A DNA stretch of 38,696 nt, taken from the sequence record SRR16203515_4851; one strand, 5' to 3'. Numbering within the stretch: position 1 is the first letter of the stretch; each line of letters begins with the position of its first letter. This document shows positions 1 to 10,148 of the stretch, piece by piece. A program made the translations under genes and the position numbers. The notes under the pieces are model-generated. The model did no database searches and had not been told where the DNA came from. It saw only the letters and a list, made by a program, of their open reading frames with translations.

Positions 1-184
1 TAATTTACTGCAATTAAACCAAGGCTCAGTTGTTGAGCTTGATCGCGTTGCAGGTGAACCGCTTGATGTTATGGTTAACGGCACCTTAATTGCCCACGGT
101 GAAGTGGTTGTGGTGAATGATAAATTCGGCATTCGTTTAACTGACGTGATTAGCCAAACAGAGCGAATTAAAAAGCTAAAATAA
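1..184 (+). CDS. fliN: Flagellar motor switch protein FliN, 3' fragment (5' end outside window)
   Basis: Manual translation from base 2 gives NLLQLNQGSVVELDRVAGEPLDVMVNGTLIAHGEVVVVNDKFGIRLTDVISQTERIKKLK, with TAA at 182-184. This is the SpoA domain typical of FliN, directly upstream of fliO. Confidence 0.95.
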   Translation, partial: NLLQLNQGSVVELDRVAGEPLDVMVNGTLIAHGEVVVVNDKFGIRLTDVISQTERIKKLK

Positions 185-199
185 TAAAAATATTAGGGA

Positions 200-604
200 T
201 TGTTGATGAGCTTTAATTTGGTTTTAGCCAGCCTTGCTGGTGCTGAGACGCAAGTGAGTACTGCGGCTAACGTAACGAGCAATACCGCAAGCTCTGCATC
301 AAGTATTGCGACGCTTTCAAGTATGGTTGGCGGGCTCATTGTTGTTTTGGTTCTTATTTTCTTTTTGACTTACCTAGTAAAGCGCTTTAATTTGGTGCCG
401 AGTAGCCAAGGAGTATTAAAGACCATTGCTGTAACGCCATTAGGCCAAAAAGAGAAACTGGTTTTGGTCGAAGTAGATGGTCAACAATACTTGCTTGGGG
501 TAACGCCAAATCAGGTGAGCTTGGTGGATAAGTTAGCGCAACCAGTTGAAGTTGCAACAGAGTCCTTTGCCACCCGTCTAAGACAAGCGAAGCAATCACA
601 ATGA
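200..604 (+). CDS. fliO: Flagellar biosynthesis protein FliO
   Basis: One TM segment followed by [22 protein letters not shown]; lies between fliN and fliP. Start may be ATG at 206. Confidence 0.92.
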   Translation: MLMSFNLVLASLAGAETQVSTAANVTSNTASSASSIATLSSMVGGLIVVLVLIFFLTYLVKRFNLVPSSQGVLKTIAVTPLGQKEKLVLVEVDGQQYLLGVTPNQVSLVDKLAQPVEVATESFATRLRQAKQSQ

Positions 605-1347
605 TGAAATGGATTTTACTTGTTGCCGGATTGGCGATGTCGGTGTCTGCGCCGGCATTGGCCGAAAACGGTATTTTGCCTGCGGTAACAGTATCAACTG
701 GCAGCGACGGCTCTACTCAGTACTCAGTAACGATGCAAATTTTGTTACTGATGACAGCGCTAAGCTTTATTCCGGCGATGGTTATTATGTTGACCTCGTT
801 TACGCGGATTATTGTGGTGCTGTCAATTTTGCGTCAAGCTATTGGTCTGCAGCAAACACCATCTAATCAAGTGTTGATCGGCATTAGTATGTTTTTGACA
901 TTTTTTATCATGTCACCTGTGTTTGATAAAATTTATGATCAAGCGGTACAACCTTACATTGAGCAAGGCATGCCGCTACAACAAGCATTTACTTCTGGTC
1001 AGGGGCCGCTAAAAGATTTTATGTTAGCGCAAACACGGCTAACTGATTTGAATACTTTTATTGAGATCTCAGGCTATCAGGGCATTAATGAGCCTGAAGA
1101 TGCCCCGATGACAGTGATTATTCCTGCTTTTATTACTAGCGAACTCAAAACTGCATTTCAAATTGGCTTTATGTTATTCGTGCCTTTTTTAGTGCTGGAT
1201 TTAGTGGTTGCCAGTATTTTGATGGCCATGGGTATGATGATGTTATCGCCAATGATTGTATCATTACCCTTTAAAATCATGCTTTTTGTGCTGGTTGATG
1301 GTTGGAGCCTAGTGATGGGTACATTAGCGAATAGTTTTGGATTATAG
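601..1347 (+). CDS. fliP: Flagellar export gate protein FliP
   Basis: Signal peptide plus motifs [42 protein letters not shown] and LFVLVDGW. Confidence 0.98.
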   Translation: MMKWILLVAGLAMSVSAPALAENGILPAVTVSTGSDGSTQYSVTMQILLLMTALSFIPAMVIMLTSFTRIIVVLSILRQAIGLQQTPSNQVLIGISMFLTFFIMSPVFDKIYDQAVQPYIEQGMPLQQAFTSGQGPLKDFMLAQTRLTDLNTFIEISGYQGINEPEDAPMTVIIPAFITSELKTAFQIGFMLFVPFLVLDLVVASILMAMGMMMLSPMIVSLPFKIMLFVLVDGWSLVMGTLANSFGL

Positions 1348-1354
1348 GTAAGCT

Positions 1355-1624
1355 ATGAGTCCTGAAGCACTGATAGATATCTTCCGCGAAGCACTGGCTG
1401 TGATTGTAATCATCGTATCGATGATTATTGTGCCAGGCCTTATCATTGGTCTTATTGTCGCAGTGTTTCAAGCCGCTACCTCGATTAACGAACAAACACT
1501 GAGTTTTCTACCACGTTTGTTGACTACCTTATTGGCTTTAATGTTAATGGGTCATATGTTAGTGCAGATGATGATGGACTTCTTTTTTCAGATGGTGGAC
1601 ATGATCCCCCAAGTGATTGGCTAA
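1355..1624 (+). CDS. fliQ: Flagellar export gate protein FliQ
   Basis: 89 aa hydrophobic protein with FQAATSINEQTLSFLPR. Confidence 0.98.
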   Translation: MSPEALIDIFREALAVIVIIVSMIIVPGLIIGLIVAVFQAATSINEQTLSFLPRLLTTLLALMLMGHMLVQMMMDFFFQMVDMIPQVIG

Positions 1625-1647
1625 CTCATGAAAGTGCTAGGTTAACT

Positions 1648-2448
1648 ATGGAGATAATGCTCGATACCATAATGGATGGTATTGCTGGTTATCTTTGGCC
1701 GTTAACACGGATCTCTAGCATGTTTATGGTCATGGCAGTATTTGGCGCAACCACCACTCCCACCCGTGTTCGCTTACTATTGTCGGTTACCGTAACTGCA
1801 GCAGTCGCCCCGGTATTACCTGCAATGCCAAGTATTGATCTGTTTTCACTTAGCGCTGCATTCGTTACTGCTCAGCAGATTATTATTGGTGTAGCCATGG
1901 GCTTTGCCACATTGCTATTAATGCAAACTTTTGTATTAACGGGGCAAATTATTGGTATGCAAACCAGTTTAGGTTTTGCTTCTATGGTTGACCCAAGCTC
2001 AGGTCAACAAACCCCGGTAATTGGTAACTTTTTCCTGCTGTTAACAACGATGATTTTTCTCGCGGTAGATGGTCATTTATTACTGATCAAAATGGTCATA
2101 GCCAGTTTTGACTCTATCCCGGTGTCAATGCAGGGGCTAAGCCTCACTGGTTATCGCTTATTTACTGAGTTTGTGGGTTATATGTTTGGCGCTGCGCTAA
2201 CGATGTCGCTGTCAGCGATTGTGGCGCTATTAACCATTAACTTGGCCTTTGGTGTAATGACGCGGGCGTCACCGCAGCTAAACATTTTTGCAGTGGGTTT
2301 TCCAGTGACTATGGTCGCGGGACTATTTATTTTGTGGTTAACCTTGTCTCCTATCATGTCGCATTTTGATGAGGTGTGGCGTGAAACTCAAATACTATTG
2401 TGTAATGCATTGGAGCTGCAGTGCAAAGTTGATGGCGGGCTTAACTAA
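1648..2448 (+). CDS. fliR: Flagellar export gate protein FliR
   Basis: Multi-TM protein with GQIIGMQTSLGFASMVDP, DGHLLLI and RASPQLNIFAVGFP. Confidence 0.97.
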   Translation: MEIMLDTIMDGIAGYLWPLTRISSMFMVMAVFGATTTPTRVRLLLSVTVTAAVAPVLPAMPSIDLFSLSAAFVTAQQIIIGVAMGFATLLLMQTFVLTGQIIGMQTSLGFASMVDPSSGQQTPVIGNFFLLLTTMIFLAVDGHLLLIKMVIASFDSIPVSMQGLSLTGYRLFTEFVGYMFGAALTMSLSAIVALLTINLAFGVMTRASPQLNIFAVGFPVTMVAGLFILWLTLSPIMSHFDEVWRETQILLCNALELQCKVDGGLN

Positions 2449-2534
2449 TGTTAGGCGCTTATATTACTTTTATTTGGCAAGCGGTATTAATTGTGCCCGG
2501 GCTTTGCCTCCTAGATAAGGGAGGTCTTCTCTAA

Positions 2535-3668
2535 ATGTCGGAGAATGACAGCAGTCAAGAAAAAACAGAAGAAGCAACCTCCAGAAAACTGCAACAGGCC
2601 AAAGACAAAGGGCAGGTTGCACGCTCGAAAGAACTCGGTACCTCTGCAGTTCTCATCGCGGCATCGGTCGGTTTATTAATGACCGGACCTGATATGGCAC
2701 AAGCACTGCACAACATCATGACTAAGCTGTTTACCTTAAGCCGTGACGATATCTTTGACACTAATCAAATGATGAACGTTTGGGGCATGGTTGGTAGCGA
2801 GCTTGCAGTGCCTCTATTTGGTTTTATCTTGTTTTTAGCGCTAATTGCCTTTGCTGGTAATGTTGCCTTAGGCGGGATGTCTTTTTCGGTTAAAGCCTTT
2901 ATGCCTAAAGCTAGCAAGATGAGCCCGGTTGCAGGCTTTAAGCGGATGTTTGGTGTGCAAGCATTAGTTGAGCTAACCAAAGGTATCGCTAAGTTTTCGG
3001 TAGTGGCTATCACGGCTTATTTACTGCTAACAATTTACCTCAATGACATTTTATTACTGTCACAGGAACATCTTCCCGGCAATATTTATCACGCAATGGA
3101 TATTGTGGTGTGGATTTTTATTCTGCTGTGCGCCTCGACATTTTTAATCGTGGTGATTGATGTGCCATTCCAAGTATGGAATCACGCTAAGCAGCTAAAG
3201 ATGACGAAGCAAGAAGTTAAAGATGAATACAAAGACACTGAGGGTAAACCTGAGGTTAAAGGTCGTATTAGGCAGCTACAACATGAAATGTCACAAAGGC
3301 GCATGATGGGCGAAGTGCCCAATGCTGATGTGATTGTGGTTAACCCTGAGCACTATGCTGTGGCGGTTAAATACGACGCAGCTAAATCTACAGCACCGTT
3401 TGTAGTGGCTAAGGGCGTTGATGAAGTCGCCTTTAAGATCCGTGAAATTGCCCGCGAGCATGATGTCGCTATCGTGTCGGCGCCACCTCTTGCCAGAGCC
3501 ATTTTTCATACAACCAAAATTGATCAAGAGATCCCCGAAGGACTCTTTACCGCGGTAGCACAAGTATTGGCGTATGTTTTTCAGTTACGTCAATATCAAA
3601 AAGGTAAAGGGCGACGTCCAAATCCTATTCCGGTGAAGCAACCTATTCCTGATGAGTTAAAGCATTAA
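2535..3668 (+). CDS. flhB: Flagellar export substrate-specificity switch FlhB
   Basis: EKTEEAT N-terminus, KMTKQEVKDEYKDTEGKPEVK, NPEH autocleavage-site variant, proline-rich C-terminal tail. GGAGG SD at 2520-2524. Confidence 0.98.
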   Translation: MSENDSSQEKTEEATSRKLQQAKDKGQVARSKELGTSAVLIAASVGLLMTGPDMAQALHNIMTKLFTLSRDDIFDTNQMMNVWGMVGSELAVPLFGFILFLALIAFAGNVALGGMSFSVKAFMPKASKMSPVAGFKRMFGVQALVELTKGIAKFSVVAITAYLLLTIYLNDILLLSQEHLPGNIYHAMDIVVWIFILLCASTFLIVVIDVPFQVWNHAKQLKMTKQEVKDEYKDTEGKPEVKGRIRQLQHEMSQRRMMGEVPNADVIVVNPEHYAVAVKYDAAKSTAPFVVAKGVDEVAFKIREIAREHDVAIVSAPPLARAIFHTTKIDQEIPEGLFTAVAQVLAYVFQLRQYQKGKGRRPNPIPVKQPIPDELKH

Positions 3669-3769
3669 TAGTTTAAGGTTTTGAGTAAAAAAACAACGTT
3701 TGGCTGCGTTGATATTCTTTGCGTATCGCTTTCAGGGTATAGTCGTCAAAATAGGCATAAACCAATAAT

Positions 3770-3785
3770 TGGTACAGTATTTGCT
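3770..3785 (+). promoter_or_regulatory. Sigma54 (RpoN) -24/-12 promoter for the flhA operon
   Basis: TGGTAC-AGTAT-TTGCT with GG (3771-3772) and GC (3783-3784) separated by the canonical 10 nt, about 40 bp before flhA. Sigma54 control of flhA is established in polar-flagellated gammaproteobacteria. Confidence 0.8.
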
Positions 3786-3823
3786 GCCTAAGCAGCAGAC
3801 GTCAAAGATCGGACTCAGGGTGA

Positions 3824-5923
3824 ATGGAATTTAAAGCAAGTCTAGGCCAATTAAAACAGATAAAGCCTGCGCATTTAAAAGGTATTGGTACGCCATTATT
3901 GGTTTTAGCCGCTCTGGCTATGATCATTTTGCCTATGCCTGCATTCCTGCTCGATATTCTTTTTACTTTCAATATTGCTCTCGCTTTAGTGGTACTTTTA
4001 GTTGCTATTTATAGTGACCGCCCATTAGATTTTGCTGCATTTCCCACAGTTCTGTTAGTCGCAACCTTGTTACGTCTTGCCCTTAACGTAGCCTCAACTC
4101 GTGTGGTTCTACTTGAAGGTCACAATGGTGGCGATGCCGCAGGTAAGGTTATCGAAGCCTTTGGCTCGGTAGTGATTGGTGGTAACTACGCTGTTGGTTT
4201 GGTGGTGTTCTTAATTCTTATCATCATCAACTTTGCTGTTGTGACAAAAGGTGCAGGGCGAATATCAGAGGTAAGTGCTCGCTTTACCCTTGACGCTATG
4301 CCTGGTAAGCAAATGGCAATTGATGCTGACTTAAACGCTGGCCTACTAACGCAAGAACAAGCTCGACTAAGGCGCGCAGAAGTGACCCGTGAAGCGGATT
4401 TTTACGGTGCGATGGACGGTGCGTCAAAGTTTGTAAAAGGTGATGCCATTGCCGGTATTTTAATTCTGGTCATTAATATTGTTGGTGGTTTTATTATTGG
4501 TATCGCTCAGCATGATTTAGATTTTGCTTCTGCGGTAGAGATTTACACCTTGCTTACCATTGGTGATGGCCTAGTTGCCCAGATCCCAGGTTTGTTATTG
4601 TCAATTGCAGCGGCTTTAATGGTGACCCGCCAAAACGAGTCTGGCGATATGGGCGAAATGGTTATGGGGCAGATGTTTGACAGCCCTAAAGCATTAACCA
4701 TTGCTGCTGCCGTAATGTTTGTAATGGGTATCGTGCCAGGGATGCCGCATTTTGTATTTCTTTCATGTGCAGCACTGGCAGCAGGCGGCGCGTATTTTAT
4801 CAAGAAGAAACTTGAAACTGACCGCGAACGCGCGCTTGAAGTTGCTAAAGCTGGACCTACAGAGCCAAGAGATACTCAGCCGAAAGAGTTGAGTTGGGAT
4901 GACGTGCAACATGTTGACACGATTGGACTTGAAGTGGGTTATCGCTTAATTCCGCTTGTTGATAAAGGCCAAGGCGGCGAATTACTTGGCCGTATTAAGG
5001 GCGTACGTAAAAAACTGTCTCAAGAGTTGGGTTTCCTAGTCCCCGCGGTGCATATCCGCGACAACTTAGATTTGTCACCCAATGCTTACCGGATCTCATT
5101 GATGGGGGTTTCTTCTGGTGAAGCTGAAATTCGTCACGACTGTGAGCTGGCGATTAACCCTGGGCAAGTTTACGGCAAGCTCGATGGTATTGAGACCAAA
5201 GATCCTGCCTTTGGCTTAGATGCGGTTTGGATTGCGCCAGCAATGCGCGAGCACGCGCAAACTCTTGGCTACACGGTAGTCGATGCTTCAACGGTAGTGG
5301 CCACTCACATCAGCCAGTTATTGAGTAATAATGCGGCTAAATTACTTGGCTACGAGGAAGTGCAGCAATTACTTGAAATGCTTGGTAAGCACTCACCTAA
5401 GTTAGTTGATGGCTTTATACCTGATGTTATGCCGTTAGGTACAGTGGTCAAAGTGATGCAAAACCTACTTAACGAAGGCGTGTCTATTCGTGACATGAAG
5501 ACCATAGTACAAACCTTACTTGAGTATGGTCCAAAGAGTAATGACACCGAAGTGTTAACCGCAGCGGTGCGTATCGCATTAAAACGTATGATTGTTCAAG
5601 AGATCAGTGGACCTGAACTTGAAATTCCCGTCATAACTTTGGCGCCAGAGTTGGAACAAATGTTGCACCAGTCAATGCAAGCAACAGGTGGTGATGGTCC
5701 AAATATTGAACCTAGCCTTGCAGAACGTATGCAAAAGTCGTTAGTTGATGCGACGCAGCGTCAAGAAATGGTTGGACAGCCGGCAATTTTATTGACGTCA
5801 GGCATGTTACGTTCAACATTATCGCGCTTTGTTAAGCACACGATTCCAAATTTACGAGTCATCTCTTATCAAGAGGTGCCCGATGAGAAGCAAATACGCA
5901 TCGTCTCGGCAGTAGGTCAGTAG
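3824..5923 (+). CDS. flhA: Flagellar export protein FlhA
   Basis: FHIPEP family motifs EVSARFTLDAMPGKQMAIDADLNAG and FYGAMDGASKFVKGDAIAG. Confidence 0.99.
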   Translation: MEFKASLGQLKQIKPAHLKGIGTPLLVLAALAMIILPMPAFLLDILFTFNIALALVVLLVAIYSDRPLDFAAFPTVLLVATLLRLALNVASTRVVLLEGHNGGDAAGKVIEAFGSVVIGGNYAVGLVVFLILIIINFAVVTKGAGRISEVSARFTLDAMPGKQMAIDADLNAGLLTQEQARLRRAEVTREADFYGAMDGASKFVKGDAIAGILILVINIVGGFIIGIAQHDLDFASAVEIYTLLTIGDGLVAQIPGLLLSIAAALMVTRQNESGDMGEMVMGQMFDSPKALTIAAAVMFVMGIVPGMPHFVFLSCAALAAGGAYFIKKKLETDRERALEVAKAGPTEPRDTQPKELSWDDVQHVDTIGLEVGYRLIPLVDKGQGGELLGRIKGVRKKLSQELGFLVPAVHIRDNLDLSPNAYRISLMGVSSGEAEIRHDCELAINPGQVYGKLDGIETKDPAFGLDAVWIAPAMREHAQTLGYTVVDASTVVATHISQLLSNNAAKLLGYEEVQQLLEMLGKHSPKLVDGFIPDVMPLGTVVKVMQNLLNEGVSIRDMKTIVQTLLEYGPKSNDTEVLTAAVRIALKRMIVQEISGPELEIPVITLAPELEQMLHQSMQATGGDGPNIEPSLAERMQKSLVDATQRQEMVGQPAILLTSGMLRSTLSRFVKHTIPNLRVISYQEVPDEKQIRIVSAVGQ

Positions 5924-5934
5924 AGGTCGAATAA

Positions 5935-7344
5935 TTGAAGATTAAAAGATTTTTAGCAAAAGACATGCGATCGGCCTTAGCCCAAGTAAAAGAAACCTTA
6001 GGCTCGGATGCGGTGATCATGTCGAATAAAAAAGTTACCGGTGGCATCGAAATTGTTGCAGCTGTTGACTATGACGAGCCAAAGCCAAAAATCGCAACGC
6101 CTAAACCAACGGCGCAAATGTTTACTGATTTATCTGAAGAAAGAGTCACGCTGGGTGGACAAACTGCTCGCTCGCCTAATGTAAGAGCGCAAAGCCAAAG
6201 TAAATCAACGCCAGCACCAGACTCATTACAAGCATTACTTGAGCGTCAACAAAGTCGTATTAGTCAGCAAACGTCATCGACTCGCAGCGATGATTTAGAT
6301 ATGCCGGAGTGGGCTAAAGGTTTACAGGCACAAATGCCACAAAAGGCTGAGCCTAAAAAAGCTGAGTTTACCCCTAATCGCACGCCAGACAGTTATAACA
6401 GCGCTAAAAATAACAGCGCAGAAATGGATGCGATGAAAGAGGAACTCGCTTCTATTCGCAGTTTATTGACGCACCAAGTTAGCAGTTTGATGGTTGAGCA
6501 GAAAAAACGTGTTGATCCTGTCGGCGCAATGCTCGAAAGCAAATTGCTTGAAGCTGAATTTTCACCGTCGATTGCCAAAAAATTGTCGAGTTTAAGCGAG
6601 CATTATACTCCAGCTGAATTAGTGGCTTCGTTGCCACGAAGTCTTGCAAACTTACTTGATAACCAAGGCGACGATATTGTTCGTAAAGGCGGTGTGGTTG
6701 CTTTTGTGGGGCCAACAGGTGTCGGAAAGACGACGACTGTGGCTAAATTGGCGGCTCGATTTGCGGCGCATCATGGTTCAGATCAAGTTGCATTAATTAC
6801 CACCGATCATTATCGCATTGGAGCCTTTGAGCAATTAGCAACTTATGGCAAAATAATGGGATGTCCTGTAAAACAGGCCCATGATTTTAATGAGTTAGAA
6901 CAAATTCTGTATCAATTTAGAAATCGTAAACTGGTTTTAATTGATACCGCAGGCATGGGCCAAAGAGATCAGCGCTTATTTCAGCAGCTCGATAGCTTGG
7001 CGGCAAATAGCAGATTACCTATTCGTAGTTATCTGGTAATGTCTGCAACAGGTCAGCGTCGTGTGTTAGAAGATGCTGTAAAGCAGTTTACACGTATTCC
7101 GCTTTCGGGCGCGGTACTAACAAAATTAGACGAATCAATATCGTTAGCGCCAGCGTTAAGCGTATTAATTCAAAGTGGGTTGCCATTAAGTTATGTTACT
7201 GATGGGCAAAGAGTTCCTGAAGATATGCAGGTGGCTGATACTTTATCTTTAGCCAATCACGCATTAGCTGCATTAGATAACGAACCCAGAGAACAATTAC
7301 AGAATAATGACGGGTCAAGCGAAATGACCTACGCATTTGAGTGA
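5935..7344 (+). CDS. flhF: SRP-family GTPase FlhF
   Basis: MKIKRFLAKDMRSAL N-terminus; G-motifs GPTGVGKTTT, DTAG, TKLDE and GQRVPED; TTG start. Confidence 0.98.
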   Translation: MKIKRFLAKDMRSALAQVKETLGSDAVIMSNKKVTGGIEIVAAVDYDEPKPKIATPKPTAQMFTDLSEERVTLGGQTARSPNVRAQSQSKSTPAPDSLQALLERQQSRISQQTSSTRSDDLDMPEWAKGLQAQMPQKAEPKKAEFTPNRTPDSYNSAKNNSAEMDAMKEELASIRSLLTHQVSSLMVEQKKRVDPVGAMLESKLLEAEFSPSIAKKLSSLSEHYTPAELVASLPRSLANLLDNQGDDIVRKGGVVAFVGPTGVGKTTTVAKLAARFAAHHGSDQVALITTDHYRIGAFEQLATYGKIMGCPVKQAHDFNELEQILYQFRNRKLVLIDTAGMGQRDQRLFQQLDSLAANSRLPIRSYLVMSATGQRRVLEDAVKQFTRIPLSGAVLTKLDESISLAPALSVLIQSGLPLSYVTDGQRVPEDMQVADTLSLANHALAALDNEPREQLQNNDGSSEMTYAFE

Positions 7345-7348
7345 AACC

Positions 7349-8230
7349 ATGACTCCAGATCAAGCAAGCGGTTTACGTATGATGAATCAGCCAAATAATG
7401 AAAAAGTAAAAGTAATCGCCGTATCAGGTGGTAAAGGCGGCGTGGGTAAAACTAGCGTCTCAATTAACACCGCCGTAGCGTTGGCCGAAAAAGGTAAACG
7501 CGTATTGGTATTGGATGCCGATTTAGGTCTCGCTAACGTCGATGTGATGCTAGGTTTGCGCGCAGAGCGAAATTTATCTCATGTTTTGTCCGGTGATGCC
7601 GAATTAGATGATGTGATTTTAAGAGGTCCGAAAGGGATCGGGATTATTCCGGCCACTTCAGGTACTCAAGCTATGGTTGAGTTAACTCAAGCGCAGCATG
7701 CTGGTCTTATTCGCGCATTTAGTGAAATGAGAACTCAGTTTGATATTTTGATTGTTGATACTGCAGCAGGTATTTCTGACATGGTGCTGAGTTTTTCTCG
7801 CGCCTCACAAGACGTACTGATTGTGGTTTGTGACGAGCCAACATCAATTACCGATGCTTATGCACTAATTAAAATTCTAAGTCGTGAGCATGGTGTGTTC
7901 CGCTTCAAAATTGTTGCAAATATGGTGCGCAGTTTACGAGAAGGTATGGAACTTTTTGCCAAATTAAGTAAAGTGACAGATCGATTCTTAGATGTCGCTT
8001 TAGAGTTAGTCGCGACAGTGCCATTTGATGAAAATTTACGTAAATCAGTACGTAAGCAAAAATTGATTGTTGAGGCGTTTCCGAAGTCTCCAGCTGCAAT
8101 TGCTTACCAAGGTTTAGCAAATAAAATCATGAGCTGGCCGGTGCCATCACAACCTGGTGGGCATTTAGAGTTTTTTGTTGAGCGCTTAGTTCAGCGCCCT
8201 GATTATCAAGAGGATAAATCGGGTGAATAA
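7349..8230 (+). CDS. flhG: MinD-like ATPase FlhG (FleN)
   Basis: DQASGLR motif and deviant Walker A SGGKGGVGKT; lies between flhF and fliA. ATG 7349 preferred over the ORF-track start at 7337. Confidence 0.96.
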   Translation: MTPDQASGLRMMNQPNNEKVKVIAVSGGKGGVGKTSVSINTAVALAEKGKRVLVLDADLGLANVDVMLGLRAERNLSHVLSGDAELDDVILRGPKGIGIIPATSGTQAMVELTQAQHAGLIRAFSEMRTQFDILIVDTAAGISDMVLSFSRASQDVLIVVCDEPTSITDAYALIKILSREHGVFRFKIVANMVRSLREGMELFAKLSKVTDRFLDVALELVATVPFDENLRKSVRKQKLIVEAFPKSPAAIAYQGLANKIMSWPVPSQPGGHLEFFVERLVQRPDYQEDKSGE

Positions 8231-8942
8231 AGCGGCTGCGTATACTCGTTTTGATAATAAGACGTCTATCGTTGAACAGTATGCACCGCTTGTAAAAAGA
8301 ATAGCCCATCATCTTTTGGCTCGTTTACCTGCATCTGTGCAGTTAGATGATTTGTTACAGGCCGGTATGATGGGGCTTCTTGAAGCGTCATCAAACTTTG
8401 ACGGCAGTAAAGGCGCAAAATTCGAAACCTTTGCCGGTATTCGAATTCGCGGTTCAATGTTAGATGAAATTAGACGCGGTGATTGGGTGCCGCGTTCGGT
8501 ACACCGTAATCAACGCCGAGTTGCACAAGTTATTGATGAACTTGAGCAAGAGCTTGGGCGTGATGCAAAAGATACCGAAATTGCTGAACGACTTGAGATC
8601 CCGATGGAAGAGTACTACGCCATTTTAAATGACGTATCCGTTGGTAAAGTGGTTGGTATAGAAGATTTAGGTGTGGCAGTTGAAGGCGTGAGCGCTGAAG
8701 AATGCCATGCAGATGAAGCGTTCGAGTCGCTTGCAGAAGTTGAGTTTCACTCAGCTTTGGTTGCTGCAATTAAGTTATTGCCAGAGCGAGACGCATTAGT
8801 TTTGTCGCTTTATTATGATGAAGCATTAAATTTAAAAGAGATTGGCGCCATTTTAGAAGTCAGTGAATCTAGAGTGAGTCAGATCCTTAGTCAGGCAATG
8901 TTGAGGCTTAAAGGCAAGCTTAAGCATTGGACGCAAGATTAA
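8223..8942 (+). CDS. fliA: RNA polymerase sigma factor FliA (sigma28)
   Basis: DDLLQAGMMGLLEA, RIRGSMLDEIRRGDWVPRS and region 4 LKEIGAILEVSESRVSQI. Confidence 0.98.
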   Translation: MNKAAAYTRFDNKTSIVEQYAPLVKRIAHHLLARLPASVQLDDLLQAGMMGLLEASSNFDGSKGAKFETFAGIRIRGSMLDEIRRGDWVPRSVHRNQRRVAQVIDELEQELGRDAKDTEIAERLEIPMEEYYAILNDVSVGKVVGIEDLGVAVEGVSAEECHADEAFESLAEVEFHSALVAAIKLLPERDALVLSLYYDEALNLKEIGAILEVSESRVSQILSQAMLRLKGKLKHWTQD

Positions 8943-9001
8943 AATTAGCAATATTGTTAGCACATTACACGCGCAGTTAAGCGCGATCCGCGGAGGAAAC
9001 C

Positions 9002-9385
9002 TTGGATAAGAATATGAAGATCCTTGTTGTTGATGACTTTTCAACAATGAGACGGATCATTAAGAACCTATTACGTGACTTGGGGTTTAACAACACTCAA
9101 GAAGCTGATGACGGTTCGACAGCCCTACCTATGTTACAAAAAGGCGACTTTGACTTTGTCGTTACCGATTGGAACATGCCAGGCATGCAAGGTATTGACC
9201 TACTAAAAGCGATCCGCGCTGATGACAACCTAAAACACTTACCTGTGTTAATGGTCACTGCAGAAGCTAAGCGTGAGCAAATTATTGCTGCAGCGCAAGC
9301 GGGTGTAAATGGCTATGTTGTTAAACCATTTACTGCTGCGACGCTAAAAGAAAAATTAGATAAGATTTTTGAGAGACTCGGTTAA
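9002..9385 (+). CDS. cheY: Chemotaxis response regulator CheY
   Basis: Single REC domain: [30 protein letters not shown] start after GGAGG. Confidence 0.98.
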   Translation: MDKNMKILVVDDFSTMRRIIKNLLRDLGFNNTQEADDGSTALPMLQKGDFDFVVTDWNMPGMQGIDLLKAIRADDNLKHLPVLMVTAEAKREQIIAAAQAGVNGYVVKPFTAATLKEKLDKIFERLG

Positions 9386-9398
9386 TTAGGGATGAGCA

Positions 9399-10136
9399 AT
9401 GCTGCAAGAATCTATACCGCTGATTACTCTCGAGCAAGCGCAAAGGCTAGTGATACTCCTTAATCAGGGAGAGCAAGATCAAGCAGATGAATTGGTGCGA
9501 GAAATCGCTGCGCCAATCCAAAAGGAACTTTTTGATGAAGTTGGCCGTTTAACCAGACAGCTTCATAGCGCTATTGCTGACTTTCAGTTTGATAGCCGCT
9601 TAATTGAATTAGCCAATACAGAAATCCCTGATGCCAAAGAGCGTTTGACTTATGTCATTGATATGACAGAGCAAGCTGCGAATAAAACTATGGATGCTGT
9701 AGAGGAATGCCTGCCACTGGCTACTGAGCTCAATGATAATATCCAAGCAATTAAACCCGCTTGGGATAAGCTAATGCGCCGCGAACTTCCTTTGACTGAA
9801 TTTAAAGCACTTTGTCACGATATACAGTTATTTGTTGATAGAAGTGAGTCAGATGCAAGCCGAGTGAAAGAGCTTTTAAATCAAATTCTTCTCGCGCAAG
9901 ATTTTCAAGATCTAACCGGGCAAATGATCCGTAGAGTCATTGATTTAGTTAGAGAAGTTGAAAGTAGTTTAGTGTCTATGTTGACCGCATTTGGTGAACA
10001 GCCGGAAAACGCCGCTGATGACAAACCAAAGCGAAATGTGGAAGCCGAAGGTCCTATTATGAATGCAGAGCACCGCCAGGACGTGGTGACGGGTCAAGAC
10101 GAAGTCGACGATCTGCTTTCGAGTTTAGGTTTTTAA
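9399..10136 (+). CDS. cheZ: CheY-P phosphatase CheZ
   Basis: QDFQDLTGQMIRRV catalytic motif and C-terminal QDEVDDLLSSLGF. Confidence 0.97.
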   Translation: MLQESIPLITLEQAQRLVILLNQGEQDQADELVREIAAPIQKELFDEVGRLTRQLHSAIADFQFDSRLIELANTEIPDAKERLTYVIDMTEQAANKTMDAVEECLPLATELNDNIQAIKPAWDKLMRRELPLTEFKALCHDIQLFVDRSESDASRVKELLNQILLAQDFQDLTGQMIRRVIDLVREVESSLVSMLTAFGEQPENAADDKPKRNVEAEGPIMNAEHRQDVVTGQDEVDDLLSSLGF

Positions 10137-10148
10137 GGGAGTCAAATA

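Noticed and set aside
3341-3352. FlhB NPEH instead of NPTH as a defect or novelty
   Set aside because: The N-P cleavage residues are intact, and this variant is known from Shewanella polar FlhB.
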